A stretch of 64,000 nucleotides of DNA from an uncultured Acidobacteriota bacterium (GTDB lineage Bacteria; Acidobacteriota; Vicinamibacteria; Vicinamibacterales; 2-12-FULL-66-21): contig CAWDPQ010000009.1 of the NCBI GenBank assembly GCA_963804245.1, positions 657,234 through 721,233 of the forward strand. Reading direction: 5' to 3'. This document shows positions 18,931 through 28,611 of the stretch, one piece after another; within the stretch, counting starts at the first letter, position 1; every line of letters begins with the position of its first letter. The notes below the pieces were generated by a model. It made no database searches, was not told where the DNA came from, and saw only the letters and a list, made by a program, of their open reading frames with translations. The position numbers and the translations under genes were made by a program.

Positions 18931-19636
18931 CCTGGCATTGTATCTTGCGCTCTCAAGCGTGATTGGACCGGCCGGGCAGACTGCTGATCCGGATGCGCTC
19001 TACGCGCAGCGCGAGGCGCTGTCGAATGCTCGCAAGGCCGGGGAAATCTGGGCGGCGCGAGTCGCCAAGGATCCGCGCGATTTCGCAGCAGCCTGGAAGC
19101 TCGCCCGGACGAAGTACTGGCTCGGTGGGCACGGGCCGCTCGACGAACGCAAGCAGATCCTCGAGGATGGGATTGCCGCTGCGCGAGTTGCCATTGCCGC
19201 CGAACCAAAGCGCCCCGAAGGACATTTCTGGCTGGCGGCGAACATGGGCGAATTGGCCGAGTCGTTCGGGCTCCGGCAGGGACTCAAGTACCGCGGGGAC
19301 ATCAAGGACGCGCTGCTCACCGTGCTGAAGCTGGATCCAGCATTCCAGCAGGGTTCAGCCGACCGCGCCCTCGGTCGCTGGTACTGCAAAGTGCCCGGGC
19401 TCTTCGGCGGTAGCAAAAAGAAGTCGGAGGAGCATCTCCGGCGGTCACTCGAGTTCGACCGGAACAGCACAGCGTCCCTCTATTTTCTCGCGGAGACGCT
19501 GATCGACATGAATCGTCAGGCGGAGGCGAAGACTGAACTGCAGAGGGTGCTGGATGCGCCGCTGAACCCGGACTGGGAGCCCGAGGATCGCGAGTTCAAG
19601 GACAAAGCACAAACCCTGATCGCGAAGTTGAAGTAG
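18917..19636 (+). CDS. TPR-like secreted protein (TatT-like family, tentative)
   Basis: Signal-like N-terminus [17 protein letters not shown]. Helical repeats and ..[28 protein letters not shown].. recall TRAP-associated TatT-type proteins. That family assignment is from memory only. Confidence 0.6.
   Translation: MMSCILALYLALSSVIGPAGQTADPDALYAQREALSNARKAGEIWAARVAKDPRDFAAAWKLARTKYWLGGHGPLDERKQILEDGIAAARVAIAAEPKRPEGHFWLAANMGELAESFGLRQGLKYRGDIKDALLTVLKLDPAFQQGSADRALGRWYCKVPGLFGGSKKKSEEHLRRSLEFDRNSTASLYFLAETLIDMNRQAEAKTELQRVLDAPLNPDWEPEDREFKDKAQTLIAKLK
18937..18942 (-). promoter_or_regulatory. -10 box (TACAAT) 6 nt upstream of folE ATG; candidate leaderless start
   Basis: Minus strand reads TACAAT-gccagg-ATG. 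The box lies inside the 5' end of the divergent gene 18917..19636. Confidence 0.45.
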
Positions 19637-19649
19637 CCCCCGAGGCCAT

Positions 19650-19736
19650 CTTTCAGCGCTCGCGGGGCCCCACCCCCGCTCGCTCTCGCTCGGCGGCTTC
19701 GCGCCTCGCTCGGGCCGCAGGCGCTGCCCCCGAGCC
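19650..19736 (-). repeat. MITE-like core, family R1, copy b (inverted relative to copy a)
   Basis: The reverse complement is almost identical to 18291-18365 (GGGGGTGGGG versus GGGGGGG). It follows the stop (19736-19738) of the minus-strand gene 19736..20518 in sense orientation via one GCTCGGGG unit. Confidence 0.85.
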
Positions 19737-20518
19737 TATTCAACCGCGGCGGCAATGCAGGTGTGCAGCTGACGTACTCCCTCGGTCAGCGATGCCGGGC
19801 CCGGCTGCAGAATGTACGTGGACTTGATCTCGTGGATCCGTTCAGCCTTGACCGCACTGACGGTTTCCCAACCTTGCCGCTCGACGATCGATTTCTTTTT
19901 CACGCCCTTGCCGCACCACGACGCCACGATCAGTTCCGGATCGCGGGCGACGACGTCGGCCGGGTCAACGATCCGGTGCTTGGCGAGTGACGCGGACCGC
20001 AACTCGGGGAAGATCGGCTGACCGCCGGCAATCTCGATCAATTCATCCACCCAGCAGATGCCCGAGATGATCGGCGCATCCCACTCCTCGAAGAAGACGC
20101 GCGGCCGCCGCGGCAGCTTGGCGGCTGCCGCCCGAATCTCGTTCAGGCCGCTCGACAGTTCCGCGACCAGCGCCTCGGCGCGGTCGATGCGACCAACGAG
20201 TGACCCGACAATGACGATCATCTGGAGGATTTCTGCGACGCTGCGCTGGTTGAACGTCACCACGGTGTAACCTCGCCGAATCAGTTCGGCGGCGATGTCC
20301 GCCTGCAGATCCGAGAACGCGAGGATCAAATCCGGCCGGAGGGCTTCGATCTTGTCGAATCGGGCATTGATGAACGCCGATACACGCGGTTTCCGTCGCG
20401 CCTCGGGCGGGCGAACGGTGTAACCAGAGACACCGACGATGCGATCGCCTTCACCAATCAGGTAGAGCGTTTCGGTGGTTTCCTCCGTGAGGCAGACGAT
20501 TCGCTCCGGAAACCTCAT
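19736..20518 (-). CDS. BtuF/TroA-like (helical-backbone) substrate-binding protein, no obvious signal peptide
   Basis: Start chosen at ATG 20518 (MRFPERIVCLTEETTETLYLIGEGDRIVGVSGY). LRPDLILAFS and PELIVASWCG are typical of cobalamin/siderophore-binding-protein folds. Confidence 0.8.
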   Translation of the reverse strand: MRFPERIVCLTEETTETLYLIGEGDRIVGVSGYTVRPPEARRKPRVSAFINARFDKIEALRPDLILAFSDLQADIAAELIRRGYTVVTFNQRSVAEILQMIVIVGSLVGRIDRAEALVAELSSGLNEIRAAAAKLPRRPRVFFEEWDAPIISGICWVDELIEIAGGQPIFPELRSASLAKHRIVDPADVVARDPELIVASWCGKGVKKKSIVERQGWETVSAVKAERIHEIKSTYILQPGPASLTEGVRQLHTCIAAAVE

Positions 20519-20741
20519 GTGTGGTGAATAGTCTCGCATACGCAACGGACCGGGTGGGAAGCCGTGTGCACTATGTCGCACAGCGAATTGCCGGCACGAA
20601 CATTGATCAAATCAATCACATCGTGGAGAATGCCAGCTATCCCGCAGAACTTCTCTGGTCGCAGCGCCTTTGCCGCTGTACAGCACGCCTTGCGCGGATG
20701 AGCCGCACTGAACGGTGGAGCGCAGCTAAGGGAGATTGCCG

Positions 20742-22364
20742 GTGAACAGGCCGCTTCGGGCCGTGGTCGTGGCGTTCGGCTGCACAGCCATGGTCACTGG
20801 CTCTGTCAACGAGGCAATCGCGCAAACTCTTCGGTTGCCCGGCACCATCGAAGCCGAAGATTTCGATCAAGGCGCTGTTGACGTCGCTTACTCAGATACC
20901 ACTGCTGGAAACACCGGCGGTGCGTACCGCTCGACTAACGTCGACATCGAAACAACCACCGATACCGGCGGCGGCTACAACCTCGGCTGGGTCGCCGCAG
21001 GTGAGTGGTTGAAGTACACCGTCAACGTGACGGCGGCAGGTGCCTACGACTTGGAGATTCGGGTTGCGGCAAGAGGCGCGGGCGGAATCTTCCACATCGA
21101 GATCGACGGCGTCGATCGTACCGGGCCGATCACCATCCCGGAGACTGGCGGCTGGCAGCAGTGGGCCAGCGTCACGAAGCCGGGGTTGAATCTGATCGCT
21201 GGCACACAGGTCTGGCGTGTGGTCATGGACCGGGCTGGCGAGTTTGCTGTTGGCAACATCAACTTCTTCCGCGTGGTCAGCGCCACCCCCGCGCCCGGTC
21301 CCGGCCCCGCTCCGAATCCCGCTCCAGCCCGCAGCCCCGTTCCGAGCCCTGCACCATCGGAACCTCCGGCTGGGGGCGATCCGACCGCGACGGACATCGT
21401 GCTCTATGCGTCCGATGTGACGACCTCGGCCGGCAACTGGGTGCGCGGCAACTATGCAACCGGCGCTGGCGGCCAGGCGATGCAGAGCAACGATGCCGGC
21501 TGGTCGAACGCGAACGAGGCGCTCCCGGCGCCGGCCGACTTCTTCGAGGCCCGGTTCACGCCAGTGGCGAACAAGCCCTACCGCGTCTGGATGCGGCTTC
21601 GCGCCAACGCCGACTCGAAATTCAACGACTCGATCTGGCTGCAGTTCTCCGGCGCGGTCGATGCCGACGGCGCGCCGCTGTGGCGGATTGGAACGCTGAT
21701 CGGCATGCTGGTGAACCTGGAGTCGTGCGCCAATTGCGGCGTCTCTGGCTGGGGTTGGCAAACCGGCGCCTGGTGGGTGCCCCAGGATTCGATCGTGCGT
21801 TTCCCCGCCGCCAGCCTACAGACGCTCCGCGTGCAAACTCGCGAAGACGGCGTCCGAATCGATCAGATTATTCTGAGCCCGACGACCTATCTCGATTCGC
21901 CGCCGGGAACGCCAATCAACGACACGAACATCGTGGCAAAGAGTGGGGGCAAGCCGACCCCGCCGATCCCGCCGAGTCCGCCGACTGCTCCGAGCGGACC
22001 CATCGGACCGAGCGGGCCTGCCGGGACGGGTGCGAATGCGAGACCAACGACGGCGATTACGAGCAACCCGGCCGGCGCACCGCGACGGCCGGCAACCACG
22101 CTCGCTTTCACGGCACCTCCGGATCACGATTCCAGGGTGACGTCATACTCGGTCGCCATCTTCAAAGTCGAGGATTCCACCAAGGCACCCCCGGTCGATA
22201 CCGCCAGTCTCGGAAAGCCGTCGGCAGCACCGAACGGCGAGATTGCGGTGGACATCTCCGGGATTGTCAAGTCGCTCCCGCCGGGATGGTATTACCTCGT
22301 CGTCAGCGCGCACTATACGACGGAGATTGTCCCTAGCTCACCGTCTACGCCCTTTCCGAGGTGA
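20742..22364 (+). CDS. secreted CBM6-type carbohydrate-binding protein
   Basis: GTG start 7 nt after AAGGGAG, then a signal peptide. CBM6-like module LPGTIEAEDFDQG..YNLGWVAAGEWLKYTVNV..GGIFHIEIDG..GGWQQW. Then a Pro-rich linker, a second beta-sandwich-like module and a ~85-aa C-terminal module shared with the next gene. Confidence 0.85.
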   Translation: MNRPLRAVVVAFGCTAMVTGSVNEAIAQTLRLPGTIEAEDFDQGAVDVAYSDTTAGNTGGAYRSTNVDIETTTDTGGGYNLGWVAAGEWLKYTVNVTAAGAYDLEIRVAARGAGGIFHIEIDGVDRTGPITIPETGGWQQWASVTKPGLNLIAGTQVWRVVMDRAGEFAVGNINFFRVVSATPAPGPGPAPNPAPARSPVPSPAPSEPPAGGDPTATDIVLYASDVTTSAGNWVRGNYATGAGGQAMQSNDAGWSNANEALPAPADFFEARFTPVANKPYRVWMRLRANADSKFNDSIWLQFSGAVDADGAPLWRIGTLIGMLVNLESCANCGVSGWGWQTGAWWVPQDSIVRFPAASLQTLRVQTREDGVRIDQIILSPTTYLDSPPGTPINDTNIVAKSGGKPTPPIPPSPPTAPSGPIGPSGPAGTGANARPTTAITSNPAGAPRRPATTLAFTAPPDHDSRVTSYSVAIFKVEDSTKAPPVDTASLGKPSAAPNGEIAVDISGIVKSLPPGWYYLVVSAHYTTEIVPSSPSTPFPR

Positions 22365-22671
22365 TCGCTCGACACCTCCGAATCGAATGGGATCGATCGA
22401 CGATGCGTGATCTGCGGCCACAGCTCACGCCGTACGTCAAACTTTCATAGCAAAAACCCGCGAAGCGCAAAAAATACTGCGTCGTGTGTGCGCGCGCGGC
22501 AACCAAGCGCCCACCTCATCCACAAAACATATCGATAAAATCTGTCTCCTTTCCAGTCGAGCTTGATCTGGCGGTCAATTTGCCCCCGGCTGCCACGGCA
22601 GACCCTGCATTCATCTGGTTTGCGTAAGCGGACCACGCATCTCGTGACCGCGAGAGTCGAGGAGTGTCTAC

Positions 22672-25643
22672 GTGAGGGCATGTGTGTCTCAGAGCCTGGC
22701 AAAAACGTTTCTGTGTGTCGGAGTTCTAGCGTGCGCGGCATCAGCCAGCGCCCAGTCCATATCCCTCCCGGGAACCATACAAGTCGAAGATTTCGATCAA
22801 GGGGCAAGCGGAGTCGCATACTACGACTCGACCGACGGAAATCGCGGTGATCGAGTATCGTGCGACGGATGTTGATATCGAGGCGTGCGACGAGGGCGGT
22901 TTCGACGTCGGTTGGGTTACCGCAGGCGAGTGGTTGAAGTACACGGTCAACGTCTCGCAGACGGGTGTCTACACGTTGGAGTTTCGCGTGTCGTCCAAGG
23001 ACAGGGGAGGGACGTTCCACCTTGAGGTGAACGGCGTGGATCGAACCGGCCCAATCCAGGTTCCCGACACCAATGGGTGGCAAAACTGGACGACGCTTAC
23101 AAAATCCGGGGTCAGCCTCAGTGCCGGCTCGCAGGTCTGGCGACTCGTCTTCGATATAGATACGGCGGAGGCGACCGTCGGGAATTTCAATTATATCCGC
23201 GCTACCGGGCCGGCATCGAGCGGCACGTCGGGCGGTCGTCGGGGCCTTATGGGGGTACGCCGGTTGTGCTTCCCGGTACGGTGCAGGCCGAGGATTTCGA
23301 TAATGGCGGGGAAGGAGTGGCATACCATGACCTTTCCGGCGCGAATCAGGGCGAAGCGTACCGTTCCACCGCCGTAGACGTCCAGCCGAGTGCGGATTCA
23401 GGAGGCGGTTACAACGTCGGCTGGGCGTTCGCGCAGGAGTGGCTCGCCTACACCGTCAACGTGGCAACGGCGGGAACCTACGATATCGAAGTGCGAGTCG
23501 CCTCGAATGGATCGGGAGGTGCCTTTCACATTGAAGTCAACGGCGTCGATCGAACCGGACCGTTCAGCGTGCCAAATACCGGTGGCTGGCAGTCATGGGT
23601 GACGATTCGAAGACGGGGATCGCGCTCTCTGCGGGACAGCAGGTCTTGAAGCTGGTGATGGACTCGGAAGCTCGTCCGGTTGGCGTCGGGAACTTCAACT
23701 ACATACGCGTCGCGGGTGGAACCGGGATCGGCGTGGAGGTGGATCGACGCCGTATACAGGCACCGCCGTGGCCTGCCGGACGGTGCAGTTCGAGGCTTTC
23801 GACAACGGCGGTGAGGGCGTGGCGTTCCACGATCTGTCCACCGAGAACTCGGGCGGTGCTTCCGCACGACGGCGTTGACATCGAACCCACCAGCGATCCG
23901 GCGGCGGCTACAACATCGGCTACGCCTTCGCCAGCGAGTGGCTCGCTACACGGTGAACGTGGGCGCAGCGGGCACCTACGACATCGAAGCTCGCGTGGCG
24001 TCGAATGGAACGGGCGGTACTTCCACATCGAGATCAACGGCGTCGACCGGACGGTCCGCTCTCGTGCCGAACACCGGCGGGTGGCAGACGTGGACACATT
24101 CGGAAGACCGGTTTGAGCTTGAGCGCAGGGCAGCAGGTGTGGCGTCTCGTGATGGACACGAACGGTGCGGGCACTGTAGTCGCCAACTTCAACTTCATTC
24201 GAGTAGCGAGCGCTCGGGAACGTCGAATCAGCCGCCGAACGTCAGTATTACGAGTCCGGCGAATAATGCGTCGTACACGGCTCCGGCGAGCATGACCATC
24301 AACGCCTCAGCGTCCGACGCCGATGGCACGGTCGCGCAAGTGGACTTCTACGCCGCCGCGCAATTCATGAGCAGCGACACCAGTTCGCCCTACAGCGCAA
24401 CCTGGAGCGGCGCGGGAGCGGGCATTTACGCACTGACAGCTGTCGCCCGCGACAATCAGGGCGCCACGCGGACGTCGAGCACCGTCAATGTCACGGTGAC
24501 CGGATCGACCGATGGCGGCGGGGGCGGGACGTGGACGAGCGCCGACGTCGGCAACCCGGACAGCCCTGGCTCGTCGACCACGTCGAGCGGGACGTTCACG
24601 GTGAGCGGAACCGGCGAGGACATCTGGGACACCGCCGACCAGTTCAGGTTCGTATATCAACAGCTGCAGGGTGACGTCGAAGTGATCGCCCGGGTCAACT
24701 CGCTCCAGGGCCCTGACATTTGGTCCAAGGGCGGCGTCATGATTCGTGGAAGCTTGTCCGGCAGCGCGCCGAACATGCTCGTGGCGGCGACGATCGGCAG
24801 CGGCTGGACGTTCCAGCGGCGGCGCGCGGACGGCGACATCAGTTACGGTCCCGGGGCGACCAAGCCGGGACGGCTCCTGGCTGGGTTCGCATCACCAGGC
24901 AGGGTAATCAGCTGAGCGGCTACACATCGACGGACGGCAGCACGTGGACGCTGTTCAACAGCGACACGATTGCCATGCCTTCGACGGTGTATGTCGGTCT
25001 CGCCGTGACGGCCCACAGTCCGACAGGGCAGGCCACCGCGGTCTTCTCGAACGTGACCGCCCGCCCGCTGTCGCCAACGAGCACCCCGCCGCCCACGGTG
25101 TCCCTCACCGGTCCGGCGAACGGAGCCACATACACCGCACCGGCCAACATGTCGATTACCGCGACGGCGTCCGACAGCAACGGTACCGTGTCGCGTGTCG
25201 ACTTCTATGCCGGCGGCACGTTCCTGGGCAGCGACGCCAGCAGCCCGTATAGCTTCAACTGGACCGCCGTGGCCGCCGGGAGCTATTCGCTGACCGCGGT
25301 TGCGGTCGACAATGGCGGCGCCTCCACGACGTCCGGCGCCGTGAACGTCGCGGTGTCGGGAACCGTCTCACATCCGACGACGGTTGTGTTCACGCCGTCT
25401 CCCGATCACACCACGCTCGTGAGCTCCTATTCGGTTGCACTTTACCGTGCCAGCGATCCGGTAACAGCTTCGCCAGTCGCCACGAAGAACCTCGGTAAGC
25501 CGTCACCGGTCAACGGCGAGATCTCCGCGTCCATCACCGACATCGTGACCCCGTTACCTTCCGGCTCGTTCTACGCAGTGGTGACGGCAATCGGTTCGGG
25601 CGGATCGGCCCAGAGCACGCCGTCGCCGCCCTTCACCAACTGA
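22672..25643 (+). pseudogene. multi-domain secreted protein (3x CBM6-like, Ig-like repeats, ConA/LamG-like module, shared C-terminal module) broken by at least 7 frameshifts
   Basis: Homologous sequence continues through ORFs 22672..22875, 22847..23377, 23077..23649, 23595..24116, 24005..24295, 23875..24915 and 24720..25643. GTG start with GAGGAG 7 nt upstream and a signal peptide. Shifts are near 22856, 23235, 23607, several in 23760-24240, and 24856. Confidence 0.8.
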
Positions 25644-25649
25644 GTTGTT

Positions 25650-25675
25650 GGATGGCAGTTGCTATACTGCCATCC
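25650..25675 (+). promoter_or_regulatory. perfect 10-bp hairpin after the stop of the CBM6 gene, carrying a TATACT -10-like box
   Basis: GGATGGCAGT-tgctat-ACTGCCATCC. TATACT (25663-25668) lies 7 nt before ATG 25676. There is no U-tract. Confidence 0.45.
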
Positions 25676-26351
25676 ATGCGGGACTTCTTCACTGGTCGAT
25701 CGCGGGCGCTTCCACTCATCGTGGGAGCGCTCGTGATCGTGTCGGACGGCGCGGCAGCGATGCAGCGCGGTCGTACTACGTCGGCCAAGCCAGCGCCGGC
25801 GACGGCTGCTAAAAAGGAGCCGGCGCAGGTGAAGTGTGCCGAGCTCCTCGGCACCGGTACCAAGACCTCTTCAACCTACTGCTTCGTCCTCGCCGGTCGG
25901 GATCCGGCGGAAGGGGTGATCGTCACGGTCCCGCCACACGCCGGCGAAGCCACGCTCACCTTCGACCTGCACAACCGCCATCTCTATTCGGAAGAAGAGA
26001 TGCGGGCCGGGCGCAGAGTACGCGAAATACACGGCCGTTATCGGCGTGCTGACGATGAAAGGGGAGTTGCTGGAGCGGGGCGCGGTCCAGACCGAGTTCC
26101 GGACAGCGGCTGACTTATACGAACGCATCTCCGGTGGCGCCGGACCTGGTGGGGTGAAGGCCGTCGCGCCGATCGGGCGCGAACAGGTCGTGATTCGCCT
26201 CCCGCAGGGCGTCGCTCAGGTAAGTTTGCTCGGGGAAGTCCTCGAAGCCGTGACCGCCGCCGGCCGCGAGACCGCCGCTCCGGGCCGACCCGTGGCGCTC
26301 GTCAGCAATGTGACGGTCGAATATCGACCCCTGAAGAAAGGAAGAAAGTAG
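25676..26351 (+). CDS. hypothetical secreted protein, frame interrupted near 26010-26040
   Basis: MRDFFTGRSRALPLIVGALVIVS.. (the frame of ORF 25652..26113) continues in the frame of ORF 26046..26351 (..EYAKYTAVIGVLTMKGELL..). The stop TAG lies in a GGAAGAAAG-type array. Confidence 0.5.
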
Positions 26352-26357
26352 AAGGAA

Positions 26358-26453
26358 GAGCGCCTGCGGCCCGAGCGAGGCGCAATGCCGCCGAGCGAGA
26401 GCGCTTGCGGGTGCCCGTCTGCCCGGGCCCCAAGCGCATTGATAAATGCAGAC
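26358..26453 (+). repeat. MITE-like core, family R1, copy c
   Basis: AGCGCCTGCGGCCCGAGCGAGGCGCAATGCCGCCGAGCGAGAGCGCTTGCGGG..GGGCCCCAAGCGCATTGATAAATGCAGAC, preceded by GAAAGGAAGAAAGTAGAAGGAAG. Confidence 0.8.
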
Positions 26454-26470
26454 TGAAAGGTGAAAGAAGC

Positions 26471-27115
26471 CTAGTGTATTCCCTGCCATTTGTGCTGCGA
26501 GACGATCACCTTCATCTCGAGTAGCTCGATCAGTGAGCGGCACCGCGCCAGCAGGCCATCCCGTTCGAGCAGGGCTTGCTTTTCGACGGGTTCGAGCTCG
26601 AGATACTGGGCCAGGGCGTTGACCAGATCCTCGTCGGCCATCGACGGCGGTACCTTGGCGTCGGTGCCCCTGCCTTCCGGCTGCGGCACGAGCAGCGCCT
26701 CGAGCCGGCGACGTTCGACGCGGATGCTGGCCCGTTCGTCGTCGTTCAGATCTTCTGTCATCGTCTCGATCCGCGCCACGCGGTAGCCGCGGCTGTCGTC
26801 ATCGTCCAGCACCCGAAACTTTTCGAGCCCGCGCAGCACGATGTTGTAGCGGCCGTCGGAGAGCGGCTCGGCATGGGTGATGAGTCCCGCACAGCCGACC
26901 GGGTAGACGGCTGGCCGGCCTTCATAGTTCGCTTCCCATCCGGGTCTGAGCAGCACCATGCCGATGATGCGATCGCCCTGCAGCGCCTCCGACACCATCT
27001 GCCGGTATCGCGGTTCGAAGATGTGGAGGGGCAGGAACACGTTGGGGAAGAGCACCACATTCGGGAGTGGAAAGATCGGAATGGCGGAGGGAAGCATGGT
27101 CATCGTGGTGGCCAC
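26471..27115 (-). CDS. LON N-terminal (substrate-binding, PUA-like) domain protein
   Basis: IPIFPLPNVVLFPNVFLPLHIFEPRYRQMV is the classic Lon N-domain opening. There is no ATPase or protease part. 214 aa. Confidence 0.85.
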   Translation of the reverse strand: MATTMTMLPSAIPIFPLPNVVLFPNVFLPLHIFEPRYRQMVSEALQGDRIIGMVLLRPGWEANYEGRPAVYPVGCAGLITHAEPLSDGRYNIVLRGLEKFRVLDDDDSRGYRVARIETMTEDLNDDERASIRVERRRLEALLVPQPEGRGTDAKVPPSMADEDLVNALAQYLELEPVEKQALLERDGLLARCRSLIELLEMKVIVSQHKWQGIH

Positions 27116-27142
27116 CGCGTACGTCTACTGCACGAACACTAC

Positions 27143-28423
27143 TCAGTGTATCGTTCTGGTCTTCTTCTCCATATAGTCCATGAGCACGTACTGACCGAGC
27201 GTGCGCGGCGTCGTGAAATACGCTTTGCCGTGGCAGATTTGCGCAACCTTGCGAACGAAGCTCACGAGGTCGTAGTCCCGCGCCAGCATAAAGGTATTGA
27301 TGAGAATACCCGCCTTGCGGCACGCTGCCACTTCCGCGAACGTTTCCGAGACGATGAATGGATCCAGTCCGAAGGCGTTGCGATAGATGCGGCCGTCGGG
27401 CCGAGTGAGGGCCGACGGCTTGCCATCGGTGATCATGACGATCTGCCGCATGTCTTTCTGCTGGCGCTCCAGGATTCGTCGCGCCAATCGCAGTCCCTCG
27501 CGCGTATTCGTGTAGTACGGCCCGACGCGCACGCGGGCCAGCCGGCTCAACGGAATTTCTTCCGCGGAGTCGTGAAACAGCACGAGCTTGAGCGCGTCTC
27601 CCGGGTATTGCAGGCGGATGAGATTTGCGAGCGCGAGCGCGACTCGTTTGGCCGGCGTGAACCGATCCTCGCCGTACAGAATCATGCTGTGGCTGCAGTC
27701 GAGCATCAGGACCGTGGCGCAGGAGCTCTGGTACTCGCCCTGGACAACCATCAGGTCCTCGTAGTCGACGGCAATACCTCCCTTTCCCGCCATGCCGCCG
27801 CCGCGCAGCACCGCGTTGAGGATGGTGCTGCTCGCGTCGAGGTTCATCGTGTCGCCGAACTCGTACGGCTTCGGCGCACCGCTGGCTTCGATGCCCGTCG
27901 CCATCTCCCGGGTGTCGTGCCGGCCGATGCTGCTCCTCCCGATTGAGCCGAGCAGATCGCGCAGCGCGCGGTAGCCGAGAAAATCGAGGCTCTTGTCCGT
28001 GATTTCGAACCGGTAGGTCGCTTCCGCCCCTCCGGTTCCAGGACCGGGCCGCTCGCGCGCCTGACGTTCGTTCTCGAGATCGGGCGCCCCCGACAGATAG
28101 CCCTGCTGCTGGAGCTTCTCGATGATGCGTTCGATCAACTCATCGATCCGCTCCTCCGCATCGTCGGCATGTTGCCAGTCCTTGCCGAGCAGCTTTTCGA
28201 GCGTCTCCTCAGAGAGCATCCCGCCATTCAAGAGGGCTTCCAGGATTGCATCGTGCAGCGATTGACGCGAGTGACCGCCATGCTCGTCGTCGATCTCGTA
28301 AGGCAGACCGTACGGACTCTCGAAGCCGCTCGACAACAGGAGGTCGGAGATCTTCGAGAGCAGTTCCTCGAGATCCAGACCGTCGAGGTCTTCCGGGCGG
28401 AACTTCGAATAGCGATACCTCAT
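27143..28423 (-). CDS. von Willebrand factor type A (VWA) domain protein
   Basis: MIDAS DxSxS (LDCSHSM) and a later ITDGKPS motif. 426 aa. Same strand as the ATPase upstream. Confidence 0.85.
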   Translation of the reverse strand: MRYRYSKFRPEDLDGLDLEELLSKISDLLLSSGFESPYGLPYEIDDEHGGHSRQSLHDAILEALLNGGMLSEETLEKLLGKDWQHADDAEERIDELIERIIEKLQQQGYLSGAPDLENERQARERPGPGTGGAEATYRFEITDKSLDFLGYRALRDLLGSIGRSSIGRHDTREMATGIEASGAPKPYEFGDTMNLDASSTILNAVLRGGGMAGKGGIAVDYEDLMVVQGEYQSSCATVLMLDCSHSMILYGEDRFTPAKRVALALANLIRLQYPGDALKLVLFHDSAEEIPLSRLARVRVGPYYTNTREGLRLARRILERQQKDMRQIVMITDGKPSALTRPDGRIYRNAFGLDPFIVSETFAEVAACRKAGILINTFMLARDYDLVSFVRKVAQICHGKAYFTTPRTLGQYVLMDYMEKKTRTIH

Positions 28424-28440
28424 TCAGCTCCCACGTCTGC

Positions 28441-28611
28441 TTTTATTACTGCGCTTGGGGCCCCACCCCAAGCGCTCTCGCTCGGCGGCTTCGCGCCTCG
28501 TCCTTCGACAAGCTCAGGACGACCCTGAGCTGCGTCGAAGGGTCGCTCGGGCCGCAGGCGCTTCCCCAGTTCCCCAGTTCCCCAGTTCCCCAGTTCCCCA
28601 GTTCCTCAGTT
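28441..28611 (-). repeat. MITE-like core family R1 copy d with nested 45-bp palindromic insertion, plus CCCCAGTT x6 octamer array
   Basis: Core 28441-28562 (GCGCTTGGGGCCCCACCCCAAGCGCTCTCGCTCGGCGGCTTCGCGCCTCG[..insert..]CTCGGGCCGCAGGCGCT). Array 28564-28611. The ATPase stop (28606-28608) lies in the last unit. The element sits between two genes of an apparent operon. Confidence 0.85.

Noticed and set aside
18260-19736. Reading the inverted R1a/R1b pair as a composite transposon carrying folE and the TatT-like gene.
   Set aside because: Each copy is explained as the sense-oriented 3' element of the outer convergent gene (hbd and the BtuF-like gene). There is no transposase and no evident target-site duplication.
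20519-20741. Cobalamin riboswitch upstream of the BtuF-like gene.
   Set aside because: I could not find a B12-box-like sequence (..AGYCMGG.GACCKGCC..) or the conserved GGGAA/GGTG core on either strand. A covariance-model scan would be needed to be sure.
22672-25643. Diversity-generating retroelement (template/variable repeat) as an explanation for the near-repeated CBM6 modules.
   Set aside because: There is no reverse transcriptase or accessory gene nearby. The differences between repeats are not adenine-specific. The repeats are ordinary tandem protein domains.
28564-28611. Possible CRISPR arrays at the short tandem repeats.
   Set aside because: The units are only 7-8 bp and directly abut each other without spacers. 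There are no cas genes in the window.
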